A stretch of DNA of 64,000 nucleotides, taken from Thermofilaceae archaeon (GTDB lineage: Archaea > Thermoproteota > Thermoprotei > Thermofilales > Thermofilaceae). Below are positions 29,984 to 38,557 of this stretch, piece after piece (positions within the stretch are counted from its first letter, which is position 1; every line of letters begins with the position of its first letter). The position numbers were made by a program, and so were the translations under genes. The stretch covers positions 64,103-128,102 of the forward strand of contig JAWCCZ010000005.1 in assembly GCA_038861545.1 (NCBI GenBank). Direction: 5' to 3'. The notes under the pieces were generated by a model that saw only the letters and a list, made by a program, of their open reading frames with translations, did not search any database and had not been told where the DNA came from.

Positions 29984-31078
29984 TTATTTTAAGTATTTAA
30001 TGGATCGGAAACCGATAGCCTGTGCAATAATAGATAGGGATTCACGTTGAACCTCCGAAGAACTACACCTTCCACTGAAACCTCCCGCTAGTTCGTGCCC
30101 GCCGCCACTTCCCTTTATCCTCTTAGCTAGTTCAGATACGACATGGCGTCCTACATGTAGCTTATTTTTTTCACAAAACTTTCTTGAAAACCTTATACTC
30201 AACCTGCACTCATCGTCTCTTTCACAGGTAACTATCGATACGTCTGCACCTAAGGTTATTAACGACCTAGCCACTGAAGCTTCATGCGAACTAACCTCGC
30301 TCACAGCTACCAGGAATTCACCTAACCTAATTACACTCGACCTAATTGCCCCTTTAAGCCTAGCCACTTTCTCTGAAAAGTCAATTTCTTCTTCGAGCAG
30401 TTCTAAGGCTTTTAAATAATCGCCACCTCTCTTCAGCATACACGCTGTAAGCTTGAGAGCAACAGGGCTAACGTGGATGAATCTTTTAGTATCGAAAAGT
30501 GTTCCTGCAAGTGCCAAAGTTGCTAAGACAGGTGAAAGAGGTATTTTCAACTCCTCTATAACTTGATAAACAATTAATGACGAAGCAGGCTCTTCTAGGA
30601 TTACGGTAAAGTCGGCCTTCTCAGCTAGATCTCCTGGTGGTATGTGGTGATCTAACACGAGCAACGTCTCAGCACTGTTAATTATGGAGGCAAAACCTCC
30701 AACTTGGTTATAGTTGCTCGTATCTACAACAGCGACTGAGCCTATTGTTTCACAGTCCGGTTCTACCATATATTCGAAAGTCAAACCTAGGTTTCTCAAT
30801 AACTTGCGCGAGAGTTTGCTAGGACCACTTGGAAAAGCTACTTTTACATTGCAAACACCAGCCCTTTCTAAGACATGCTTAAGTAGAAGTGCCGTGGCTA
30901 TGGCATCTGGGTCAGCATTTACGTGAGTAACAATTAAAGCTCCTTTCCATGACGATTGCGCGAAGCTCCGTACTTTTAAAGAAGGCTCAGATAAACCTGA
31001 AACCCTTAGCTTCAACCTTAAGAGCAAGTTCTGCCAATGCTCTGTCGAGAATACTCGCAAGCTCACGATCGACGTCAC
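29984..31078 (-). CDS. DHH family phosphoesterase (NrnA-like)
   Basis: THVNADPDA, VVDT, LDHH, DT.RF, GGGHELAGG; true start probably downstream of 31078 given the overlap. Confidence 0.92.
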   Translation of the reverse strand: MTSIVSLRVFSTEHWQNLLLRLKLRVSGLSEPSLKVRSFAQSSWKGALIVTHVNADPDAIATALLLKHVLERAGVCNVKVAFPSGPSKLSRKLLRNLGLTFEYMVEPDCETIGSVAVVDTSNYNQVGGFASIINSAETLLVLDHHIPPGDLAEKADFTVILEEPASSLIVYQVIEELKIPLSPVLATLALAGTLFDTKRFIHVSPVALKLTACMLKRGGDYLKALELLEEEIDFSEKVARLKGAIRSSVIRLGEFLVAVSEVSSHEASVARSLITLGADVSIVTCERDDECRLSIRFSRKFCEKNKLHVGRHVVSELAKRIKGSGGGHELAGGFSGRCSSSEVQRESLSIIAQAIGFRSIKYLK

Positions 31079-31286
31079 CCGACGAATACTTAATTTTAAC
31101 CGCGGCTTCTACTTCAACTACATAGGGCCACTCATCACTTACTCGTACTTTAATGTTACTGCTTTGAGTACCGTCGCCGAAACTATTCTCTATAAGTTCT
31201 GCAATTCTGTTAGCTAACCAATTCGCAATCTCCTCTATTTCATCGCGCGAAATTTTGCTAGCCAGCTCCCGTTTGAGCACTGCCAA
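30987..31286 (-). CDS. Hypothetical protein (DUF3194-like)
   Basis: Sits between prefoldin beta and DHH genes, the usual DUF3194 position; helix-strand-strand-helix pattern. Confidence 0.6.
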   Translation of the reverse strand: MAVLKRELASKISRDEIEEIANWLANRIAELIENSFGDGTQSSNIKVRVSDEWPYVVEVEAAVKIKYSSGDVDRELASILDRALAELALKVEAKGFRFI

Positions 31287-31617
31287 CCCTTTTCACCAGT
31301 TTTTTCTCCAATTCTTCTAACTGTTCCTTTAATAATCCTTCTTGCTTTTCTAATGCCTTTAACCTTATCTCTAACATTTCTTTCAAATCATTTAACTCCT
31401 TGATAACGACATCCTTCTGCCTATGAATCATTATAGATCCCACAATTTTATAAATTGGTGCATCTTCCTTGAGGGAACCTAGTTCGCGTAATGCGTCATT
31501 CAACTCGCTTAGCTGGGACTGAATTTGTTGTCTGTTAATGGCTAGTACTCTTAGTCTTTCAACTAGATCTTGGTACCTCTTTATCTCGGCCCGAAGGGTT
31601 TCGGATACTTCTGCCAT
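31258..31617 (-). CDS. pfdB: Prefoldin subunit beta
   Basis: Coiled coils flanking DAPIYKIVGSIMI hairpin. Confidence 0.95.
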   Translation of the reverse strand: MAEVSETLRAEIKRYQDLVERLRVLAINRQQIQSQLSELNDALRELGSLKEDAPIYKIVGSIMIHRQKDVVIKELNDLKEMLEIRLKALEKQEGLLKEQLEELEKKLVKRVGSAQTGAG

Positions 31618-31744
31618 ATGATGCGAGGAAAAGAGGGGCAATTTATGTATGCCGTTGAAGGTGGTTGTTAGTCATGCTTGGGTTATTGCCACTAGTTAAC
31701 TCATTGTAACTTAAAACCTCGGCTTATAAATAAACCTGTTTCTT

Positions 31745-32005
31745 TTAATTAAATTCAGTTAATGTTTTTTCGGTTGATTCTAAAACCGTTAACAGCCTGA
31801 GAAAACTGTTAAGTGAAGCTCTAAGAGAAGCTCGTTTAGAAGAGGCAATTTTCATCTTTAATTGCTCGCCCTCCAGAACAACCTCCATTAAAACGCGTGC
31901 AGTAGGCTGATTTTTAACTTCAACTATAAGAGCGTTGTAAACTGCTTTAGCGTGTAACTTACTTGAAAAATTTACTGTTACATGTACTTCATACGTAAAC
32001 CTCAA
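31745..32005 (-). CDS. pcc1: KEOPS complex subunit Pcc1
   Basis: AKAVYNAL..E, SLRASLNSFLRLL. Confidence 0.88.
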   Translation of the reverse strand: MRFTYEVHVTVNFSSKLHAKAVYNALIVEVKNQPTARVLMEVVLEGEQLKMKIASSKRASLRASLNSFLRLLTVLESTEKTLTEFN

Positions 32006-32019
32006 CGCTCAACCACCCC

Positions 32020-32577
32020 TTAAACCTTTTCAACAACCAGACGAGGACCCCGTAGGTTGCCCGTGCGAGTATCAACGAACTTTAAAATAAAAAAATTTTT
32101 GAGGGATTCACTTGCTTCAATTACCAAGGCTGATTCTGCTAACGTAGATAACTCATACAGTTCAGCGTTTTCTATGAAGGACAATGCTAATGCACCTGCC
32201 AGCTCCATCCCAAAGTCAAGGATCTCCGACTCGGCACGAGCATTTATGATTATTGAGCTGGGTCTCTCAATCACTATACCCGCTTCGCGAGCCAGTTTAA
32301 TCCCCTTTAGTTTAAGAATTAGCGGATAAAGTTTTAGCTTTGATCCAGTTACATCCAGGAATACTATCTTACCTGGGTTGCCCTTTAACCCTCTACAAAT
32401 TACAATTATTCTATCGGCATTAAAAGATTTCGCATATCTAAATATATCCAGGTAATTCATCTTCCCTCGGTTAACTTTAATTGCTGCTGGTAAAGCTAAA
32501 GCGATTTCCTTAGCCAGTGATCTAATCCTCGGATTAGATCTCCGTGTAGTGGTAACAATTATTTTACGTTCAATCAT
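32020..32577 (-). CDS. Brix-domain ribosome biogenesis protein (Imp4-like)
   Basis: IVTTTRRSNPRIRSLAKE, NRGKMN, KGNPGKI. Confidence 0.92.
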   Translation of the reverse strand: MIERKIIVTTTRRSNPRIRSLAKEIALALPAAIKVNRGKMNYLDIFRYAKSFNADRIIVICRGLKGNPGKIVFLDVTGSKLKLYPLILKLKGIKLAREAGIVIERPSSIIINARAESEILDFGMELAGALALSFIENAELYELSTLAESALVIEASESLKNFFILKFVDTRTGNLRGPRLVVEKV

Positions 32578-32598
32578 CCAACTTTATTCTTTAAATCA

Positions 32599-32880
32599 TT
32601 ACCTGAGTGTTTTTGTTTTAATGTTTTTCAACTCTTCTGAAGCGAATGTCTTACCTAACTCTGTTCTAGGCGTCCAAGCACCGCCAGCGAATGTATAGCC
32701 ACATTTCCTGCATGTCCAAATACCAATGCTAACTTTCCCTACAGTTCCTCTTGTGAAACAGCGTGGACACCTATGCGGACCCTTCATTTTTGCTTCAATT
32801 GCAGCTACCTTGTGTCTTAGAGTCATACCGTAACGCGCACCAAACCGTCCCGCGCTACCCACAACCTTTGTTCGTCCCAT
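32599..32880 (-). CDS. rpl37ae: 50S ribosomal protein eL43 (L37Ae)
   Basis: [31 protein letters not shown]. Confidence 0.97.
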   Translation of the reverse strand: MGRTKVVGSAGRFGARYGMTLRHKVAAIEAKMKGPHRCPRCFTRGTVGKVSIGIWTCRKCGYTFAGGAWTPRTELGKTFASEELKNIKTKTLR

Positions 32881-33057
32881 AGTTTTCCATCATCCTGCTA
32901 ATATACCGATTTAAACCTCTCGCACCAAGAATCCTTCAATACTATTTTAGCATCGACCCAGAGTTTGATATATGTGTATCACACCTCTTTAGCTCAGGAT
33001 ATTACATATAAATCCCATGAATTCGATTAAAGCTATCTATAGGATATCAGCATACCA

Positions 33058-34506
33058 GTGCAAAGAAGATTCCTACTTGAAAGAGCAAGCTCGTTAATCA
33101 TCACATCAATACTCTATGTTGTTTTAACCTACTTTAGTGGGTTCTCCATGGCAGTGGAGCACGTACTGCTAACTTTATGTATGTCAGTGGTTCATCCAGG
33201 TTTAGGTCCCGCTGGAGTTCTGGTAATCTATGCCTATAACTTAGTAGAGAAAGGTGGTATAAACCTCATAAAAGCAATCCTTTTTCTCCTACCAATAGGT
33301 CTTTCCTTTCGTTACTGGATTCAGGTTACTCTATGGACTTTTGCTGTTATAACCATTCCAGCATCTTTGTCTAATGCCGTGATTTTAGCTTTATTCTTAA
33401 CTGTAATACAGAACTGTACTGTTGGCTCGGCAGCAGCCCTGTTAGCCACCTACGCTATCTATGTTAGTTTAGAACTTTACACGCTGCTACCCACCGGTGT
33501 TGTTGGTAGCATGGGACTTGTAGTATCTATGGGAGGGTATACAAACGCCTTAGCTAGGAGCTCGGAGATAGCTGGTGATTGGATTTTCACCAACTTAATA
33601 GGTCCTCCTAGTATGATCGTGCAAGCTATCGTATATGCAGCTAGTGGTGCAACAGCTTCAAAGCTAAAAGAAGCTGTTGGAAAAGCTTGGATGGCTTCCT
33701 TAGCATCAACATCTATACTCCTTATGTCCTTTCTGATCTTTTCCAAAAAATTTAATATTCATCCTACCATACATGTTATGGTAACCCCTTTAGTCGGCAT
33801 TGCAACCAGCTTACTCTTTAAACACCGAAATTTAAGAATAACAAATAGAATAAGCGAACTGACCCCTTCCAACCAGTTCGAACATCTAGCCAATGCTTGG
33901 GAAGCATTAAACGAAAACCTAAGGTATGGCGAGAAAATAATACTTGTATTTGGTCCTGGCGGTTGCGGTAAGACCCATCTTGTAACTAGTGTATGTAAAG
34001 CTCAAAGATTGAAACTTTCTATTAATAAACTTAAAGGTAAAGGAGAAGTAGTACTCCTAGAGCATGCAGAGCAACTGTATTCCATCAATAAATTTATAAA
34101 TAAACTGTTAATGCATGGAGTTAGAAGTATAATCCTAGAATGTAGAGACCCGGCTCAGATAATTAGATATTTTAAGGAGCTGAAGGTACTTAAGGCAGTA
34201 TACGTCCCTCCGCCAGATATAAATGCCCGACTAATGGTTCTGATAAACGAGCTTGAAGATGTTCTGCCCGGTTACCTAATAGAGTTCATAGCCACATCAA
34301 CGGAGATGTATAGTATACGAGCTTTATTGGAACTAGCTAAGTATGTAAAAGAGTTGATAGTTAATGGGATTGAGCTCCAAGAAGCTGTTAAGAAAGCATT
34401 AAGTCAAGTAAAACCGGATATTCAGCCATCAGAGCTAGCCAATATTGAAAAATTCATAGTTAATTTTGAGGGGATTATAACGGGCTTTGCTAGCCCACTT
34501 CAATAA
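33058..34506 (+). CDS. Polytopic membrane protein fused to a degenerate AAA+ ATPase domain
   Basis: About 250-aa hydrophobic N-terminus; Walker A GPGGCGKT; YVPPPDINAR; C-terminal ALSQVKPDI. Confidence 0.75.
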   Translation: MQRRFLLERASSLIITSILYVVLTYFSGFSMAVEHVLLTLCMSVVHPGLGPAGVLVIYAYNLVEKGGINLIKAILFLLPIGLSFRYWIQVTLWTFAVITIPASLSNAVILALFLTVIQNCTVGSAAALLATYAIYVSLELYTLLPTGVVGSMGLVVSMGGYTNALARSSEIAGDWIFTNLIGPPSMIVQAIVYAASGATASKLKEAVGKAWMASLASTSILLMSFLIFSKKFNIHPTIHVMVTPLVGIATSLLFKHRNLRITNRISELTPSNQFEHLANAWEALNENLRYGEKIILVFGPGGCGKTHLVTSVCKAQRLKLSINKLKGKGEVVLLEHAEQLYSINKFINKLLMHGVRSIILECRDPAQIIRYFKELKVLKAVYVPPPDINARLMVLINELEDVLPGYLIEFIATSTEMYSIRALLELAKYVKELIVNGIELQEAVKKALSQVKPDIQPSELANIEKFIVNFEGIITGFASPLQ

Positions 34507-34548
34507 TACTGTAACTAAGTTTTTAAATGGTTGACCACTAACCCAATT

Positions 34549-34665
34549 GGGGCCGTGGCCTAGCAAGGTATGGCGGCGGTCATGTCATAGGCGGCCGAAG
34601 CTCCAGATTAAATGGAAACTCAAGGAAAAACCCGCAGGTCCCGGGTTCGAGTCCCGGCGGCCCCA
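34549..34665 (+). tRNA. tRNA-Trp(CCA) with two introns (30/31: 34580-34599; 37/38: 34607-34629)
   Basis: Acceptor GGGGCCG/CGGCCCC, T arm CCGGG-TTCGAGT-CCCGG; removing both introns restores GCGGG-CTCCAGA-CCCGC; BHB central helices CGGC/GCCG and CTCC/GGAA; CCA end not encoded. Confidence 0.93.
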
Positions 34666-34811
34666 TAATTAGTTGCAGATTCATAAAACATATTATAGAA
34701 GTTGAACAGTATTCATACGTGTGTAGCTAAGGACCAATTGTTGAGGATAACGTAATGCTTAAATCTGATTGTATAAAGCCCACTATGTAAAGTCCCGATA
34801 GCGGTGTCCCA

Positions 34812-35762
34812 ATGTTAAATGAAAACCCTGAAATTCTGAAAACACGCTTGAATGAACTAAAGGTCAGGTTAAAAAATGTCGAAGAAGAAGTACTATCGTT
34901 AAGGAATGGTAGAGATGCTCTTAATAATGAAGTTAAGGAATTATCTATCAAAATAAAACAGTTAACTGATGAATATAAACATCTGAAAGAGGAGTATACA
35001 GTTTTAAAAACTACTAAGCAGAATTTATTCTCAGAAATTCAAAAACTAAAAGAGGAAAAGAATCAGTTAAAAATGGATTTGAAAGCTATAAATGATGAAG
35101 TCAAAGTTTTATTAAATGATATCAAAAATCTCCAACAAATTATTGGAAAAAGACGAATAAATATATATGAATTAAGAGAAAATCTAGAAAAGTTAGAATG
35201 GGAATATCAAACCCGTATCCTTACCCCTGAAGATGAAAAAACATATGTAGAAAGGATACGAAACATGGAATCACTGCTTGTGGCAGCCGAGAGATATAAT
35301 GAATGCATGACAAGAATTAAAGAATTAAGACAACTTATATTTCATAAAAAAGAACAATATAGTTCGTTAATTAACAAAATTAAAGAGTTATCATCTAAAT
35401 ATTTAGAACTTAAAGCTACATTTGATGGATTAAAAAGTAAAGTTAATTCTCTTAGAACAGAATTAAGTGAGCTAATAGAGAAAAAAGAAGCATTAAGAAG
35501 AAAAGCAGATGAATATCATACCAAATACATTGAGGGGCTTGAGGAGGTTAAAAGGCTGCGAGAAGAGGTGGAAAGGGTTGCGCTACTCGTTAAAGCAGCA
35601 GAGCTTTCACAAGTATTGAGTAGGAGGCAGGCCGAATTGTATGACATGGCTTTAAGAGCGCTTGAAAAATACAAACAGGGAGAGAAACTCACGTTAGAAG
35701 AATTTAAATTGCTAATGGAATTCAACTTACTTGAACATGGTGCTGCTCCAAGTAGCTCTTGA
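34812..35762 (+). CDS. Archaeal long coiled-coil protein (COG1340-like)
   Basis: Continuous heptads; LEKLEWEYQT..LTPEDEK..VERI and KYKQGEKLTLEEF motifs. Confidence 0.82.
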   Translation: MLNENPEILKTRLNELKVRLKNVEEEVLSLRNGRDALNNEVKELSIKIKQLTDEYKHLKEEYTVLKTTKQNLFSEIQKLKEEKNQLKMDLKAINDEVKVLLNDIKNLQQIIGKRRINIYELRENLEKLEWEYQTRILTPEDEKTYVERIRNMESLLVAAERYNECMTRIKELRQLIFHKKEQYSSLINKIKELSSKYLELKATFDGLKSKVNSLRTELSELIEKKEALRRKADEYHTKYIEGLEEVKRLREEVERVALLVKAAELSQVLSRRQAELYDMALRALEKYKQGEKLTLEEFKLLMEFNLLEHGAAPSSS

Positions 35763-36387
35763 CCTAACGGACCTGGATAAAGCCATTAAGATTGCCTCTA
35801 AGGTTGTCGATGTTTGCGATCATAACAGGCTTCTAATAGAGGCTGGTACGCCATTAATAAAATCCTGGGGAGTTGCGGCTGTAAGGAAGTTAGCACAATC
35901 GTTTAGTGATATCCCAATTGTAGCAGACATGAAGACTATAGATGCTGGTGCTGTTGAAACTGAGTTGGCTTTAAAGAGTGGCGCGAAGTTCACCACCGTC
36001 TTAGCACTCGCTAGTAACGAAACTGTTACAGCCGTTGTAACCACAGCGCATAAACTTAGAGGTATGGTTATAGGTGATTTAATATGTGTAGAGAAAAAGC
36101 TTGAACGAGCTAAGGAGCTCTATAACATGGGAATAGATACCATATGTTTCCATGTCCCTATCGATGTACAGAATGCCAAGCGGGTCAATGTAAATGAAGT
36201 ACTTAGGCAAATTCAACGCTTAAGAGAACTCCCAAGAGTAAAAATAGCGGTTGCTGGAGGAATAACCCCTGAAACGGCTTCTCTCTATTCATCAGCCGGG
36301 GTTGATATCCTAATAGTGGGTAGATATATTTACGCGGCGCCGGACCCTAGTGAAGCCGCTTTAAAGCTCGTCGAACGCATTAAGTAA
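35737..36387 (+). CDS. hxlA: 3-hexulose-6-phosphate synthase (HUMPS/OMPdecase family)
   Basis: LQVALD, IEAGTPLIK, VADMKTIDAG, H..IDVQ, AVAGGI, IVGR. Confidence 0.88.
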   Translation: MVLLQVALDLTDLDKAIKIASKVVDVCDHNRLLIEAGTPLIKSWGVAAVRKLAQSFSDIPIVADMKTIDAGAVETELALKSGAKFTTVLALASNETVTAVVTTAHKLRGMVIGDLICVEKKLERAKELYNMGIDTICFHVPIDVQNAKRVNVNEVLRQIQRLRELPRVKIAVAGGITPETASLYSSAGVDILIVGRYIYAAPDPSEAALKLVERIK

Positions 36388-36396
36388 ATTTCATGA

Positions 36397-36777
36397 TTAT
36401 CTCTTTTTTACCCGAGTACCGTGTTCAGCCATCTTAATTTCTATGTCTTCTAATATATCTTTCAGCGATTTTAACCTGCTTTCCAGCTTTGTTTTTCTCT
36501 GCTCTAAATAATCTAGCCTATTTTTAGTTTCATCCTCATTTAACAATCCTAGCATGGCTTCTACTTTTAACTCTTCAAGCTCTTCATTTACAGCTTTAAG
36601 CAAACCTTCTACCTTAGAAATTTTTTCAAGTAGTTTAACCTTGGTTTTTTCCCATTCACTAAGTAGATTATTGACCTTCTCAACATACTCTTTCCACGTC
36701 CCCTCCAATTCTTCTATTGCCGCTATGAACTTTTCATATGTTGATATTTCAGAAGAAAGCAGGGGCTCCTCGATCAT
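36397..36777 (-). CDS. CdvA-like coiled-coil protein
   Basis: All-helical; ELEELKVEAMLGLLNEDE resembles the CdvA helix-turn-helix motif; ATGA-coupled to upstream gene. Confidence 0.55.
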   Translation of the reverse strand: MIEEPLLSSEISTYEKFIAAIEELEGTWKEYVEKVNNLLSEWEKTKVKLLEKISKVEGLLKAVNEELEELKVEAMLGLLNEDETKNRLDYLEQRKTKLESRLKSLKDILEDIEIKMAEHGTRVKKR

Positions 36778-37565
36778 GATCCCTCACCAGCTAGTTGTTC
36801 TAGCCATTTAATTTTTTTCTCTAACTCTTGTCTGACTCTTTGATAGGCCTCCTCACTTACTTTTCCCTCTTTGTAGAGCTGCTCTAACTTCATTAGACTG
36901 AGCCTTAGTTTTCCTAAATCCGGCCTCGCCTCAGCAACCTTAACTCTCTGTAGATGAGGAACAACGAGGCGCTCCACGTTTTTAAGCGTGGTTTCAACAT
37001 CTTGTTTTAACTTCTTGTATTTCTCCAGATTGCTTAAAGCTTCTTCCTTTAAATCCTTATAAGAATTCTCTGATAGCTCCCCGCTCTCATATAGTGTATC
37101 GAAACTTGTTGACAGTTGTTCGTACATGCCTATTACACTGGATAAGGCGCTAGTAACTTGCTGTCCAGTCTTGTTTACATTTTCCCACATCTCGACTAGT
37201 CTCCTTGCCTCATTCTCGTACTCTTTCCATCTTTCAGCCAAGCTTAAAGCTAACTCTTCTACACGTTTCGCGTGGCTCAGCAATTCTTCCTCCATTTCTT
37301 CGATGCCCTTTTCCCCTATCTCAATTTGAGGGAGAGGCTGTTCCATTGTCACAGTTATTGGTGTAGCTGGTTGTCCAGTTAGAGAGCTGGGTTGCTGAAC
37401 AAGTTCAGCTAGCGGTGTTGGTTTGCTCGAAGCTGCAACATAGAAGCTACAAGTTCTGAAGTCGCTGACACAGGGCATTAAGCCGGGATCTACATTTTTA
37501 TTCGTTGCTGTACACATAAATGTGCCATGGCTCTCCCTATAGAGGTATGGGCAGATTACACTCAT
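36774..37565 (-). CDS. Cys4 domain, P/Q/T linker and CdvA-like coiled-coil protein
   Basis: CPYL...C...PC...CSFY N-terminus; two motifs LYESGELSENSY and LYKEGKVSEEAY. Confidence 0.55.
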   Translation of the reverse strand: MSVICPYLYRESHGTFMCTATNKNVDPGLMPCVSDFRTCSFYVAASSKPTPLAELVQQPSSLTGQPATPITVTMEQPLPQIEIGEKGIEEMEEELLSHAKRVEELALSLAERWKEYENEARRLVEMWENVNKTGQQVTSALSSVIGMYEQLSTSFDTLYESGELSENSYKDLKEEALSNLEKYKKLKQDVETTLKNVERLVVPHLQRVKVAEARPDLGKLRLSLMKLEQLYKEGKVSEEAYQRVRQELEKKIKWLEQLAGEGS

Positions 37566-37660
37566 AACCCCACCAATTTAATCAAAGGTATATCCTTTTA
37601 GCTTTATTCTTTACGAGACGCGATAAAGGTTATATCAAGAAAGTATATAAGAGCTCATGT

Positions 37661-38026
37661 ATGCATCAGTTAATAACGTTAAAGGACGCTTTAAAGGATT
37701 TTCTTAAAGACGCCGGTCTTACACTACAAGACTTACTCTCAGCCATGAATGAGGAGCCTAGTGGTATTATTGAGTCCATAATGACTAGAATAGACGTAGA
37801 TGAACATGAGGCCGAAATTTTGGAGAGATTGTATGCAGCAAAACAATTAAATTTGCTACTATTAGTTATACAGGTTTTCTACCTCATAAACCCCAGCGGT
37901 TACTATAAGGGTTTCTTGTTATATCCTCCGCGAGAAAAGATAATTGGCCCTAATGGAAAGGTTACCAAAGAGGGGTTAAAGCTGCTTTTGAGAAGCTTGG
38001 ATATAGTACCTCATGGATACGCGTGA
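37661..38026 (+). CDS. Hypothetical protein
   Basis: 121-aa ORF with TATA-like TTATAT about 30 nt upstream; no recognised motif. Confidence 0.7.
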   Translation: MHQLITLKDALKDFLKDAGLTLQDLLSAMNEEPSGIIESIMTRIDVDEHEAEILERLYAAKQLNLLLLVIQVFYLINPSGYYKGFLLYPPREKIIGPNGKVTKEGLKLLLRSLDIVPHGYA

Positions 38027-38042
38027 ATCTCCGCATGATTAA

Positions 38043-38148
38043 TGGCGCCGGGGCCGGGATTCGAACCCGGGCGTCCTGACAAGGACAGCGGCTCTCTAGC
38101 AAATCTCGGTCTCAAGGCCGCCCCCTTAGTCCACTCGGGCACCCCGGC
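38043..38148 (-). tRNA. tRNA-Ser(TGA) with 17-nt 37/38 intron (38094-38110); CCA encoded
   Basis: Acceptor GCCGGGG/CCCCGGC, G73, long variable arm GTCCT-TGTC-AGGAC, anticodon arm GCGGC-CTTGAG^A-GCCGC; downstream of tuf-rps10. Confidence 0.95.
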
Positions 38149-38234
38149 TATAGTAACGTGATTAACTATATCACCAATAAACCTTTCCTCTCTGTTAACT
38201 GATTGATTAGGTTTATGTTTAAGAAAATCTAAAA

Positions 38235-38543
38235 TTATTTAATTTCTATTTCAACCCTTACGCTTTTGGGAACACGTATCCTCATTAGTTGCCTCATTGC
38301 TCGCTCATCGGCCTCCATGTCGATTATTCTCTTATGAATCCTCATTTCCCAACGATCAAAGGTATGGTACCCCTGACCGCTTGGTGCTTTCCTTACAGTT
38401 ACTGCCATTCTCTTCGTTGGTAAAGATATCGGACCCCTAATCCCGATACCGGTTCTAGCAGCAACACTTTTGATCTCTTCGCAAACACTGTTAATGTCCT
38501 CTACCGATGTACTGTAAAGTTTTATGCGAACGACGCGTGGCAT
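38235..38543 (-). CDS. rps10p: 30S ribosomal protein uS10
   Basis: RGPISLPTKR, RKAPSGQG..TFDRWEMRIHKR. Confidence 0.97.
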   Translation of the reverse strand: MPRVVRIKLYSTSVEDINSVCEEIKSVAARTGIGIRGPISLPTKRMAVTVRKAPSGQGYHTFDRWEMRIHKRIIDMEADERAMRQLMRIRVPKSVRVEIEIK

Positions 38544-38557
38544 TACTGTTACCCTTT

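Noticed and set aside
31637-31693. GGCAAT/ATTGCC-closed hairpin as a possible H/ACA guide RNA
   Set aside because: Weak upper stem, no clear K-turn, and ends in ACT not ACA
34580-34629. tRNA-Met reading from the CAT at 34581/34587, or an intron-encoded C/D guide as in euryarchaeal tRNA-Trp
   Set aside because: CAT lies inside a BHB-bounded intron and gives no anticodon stem; both introns are too short and lack boxes
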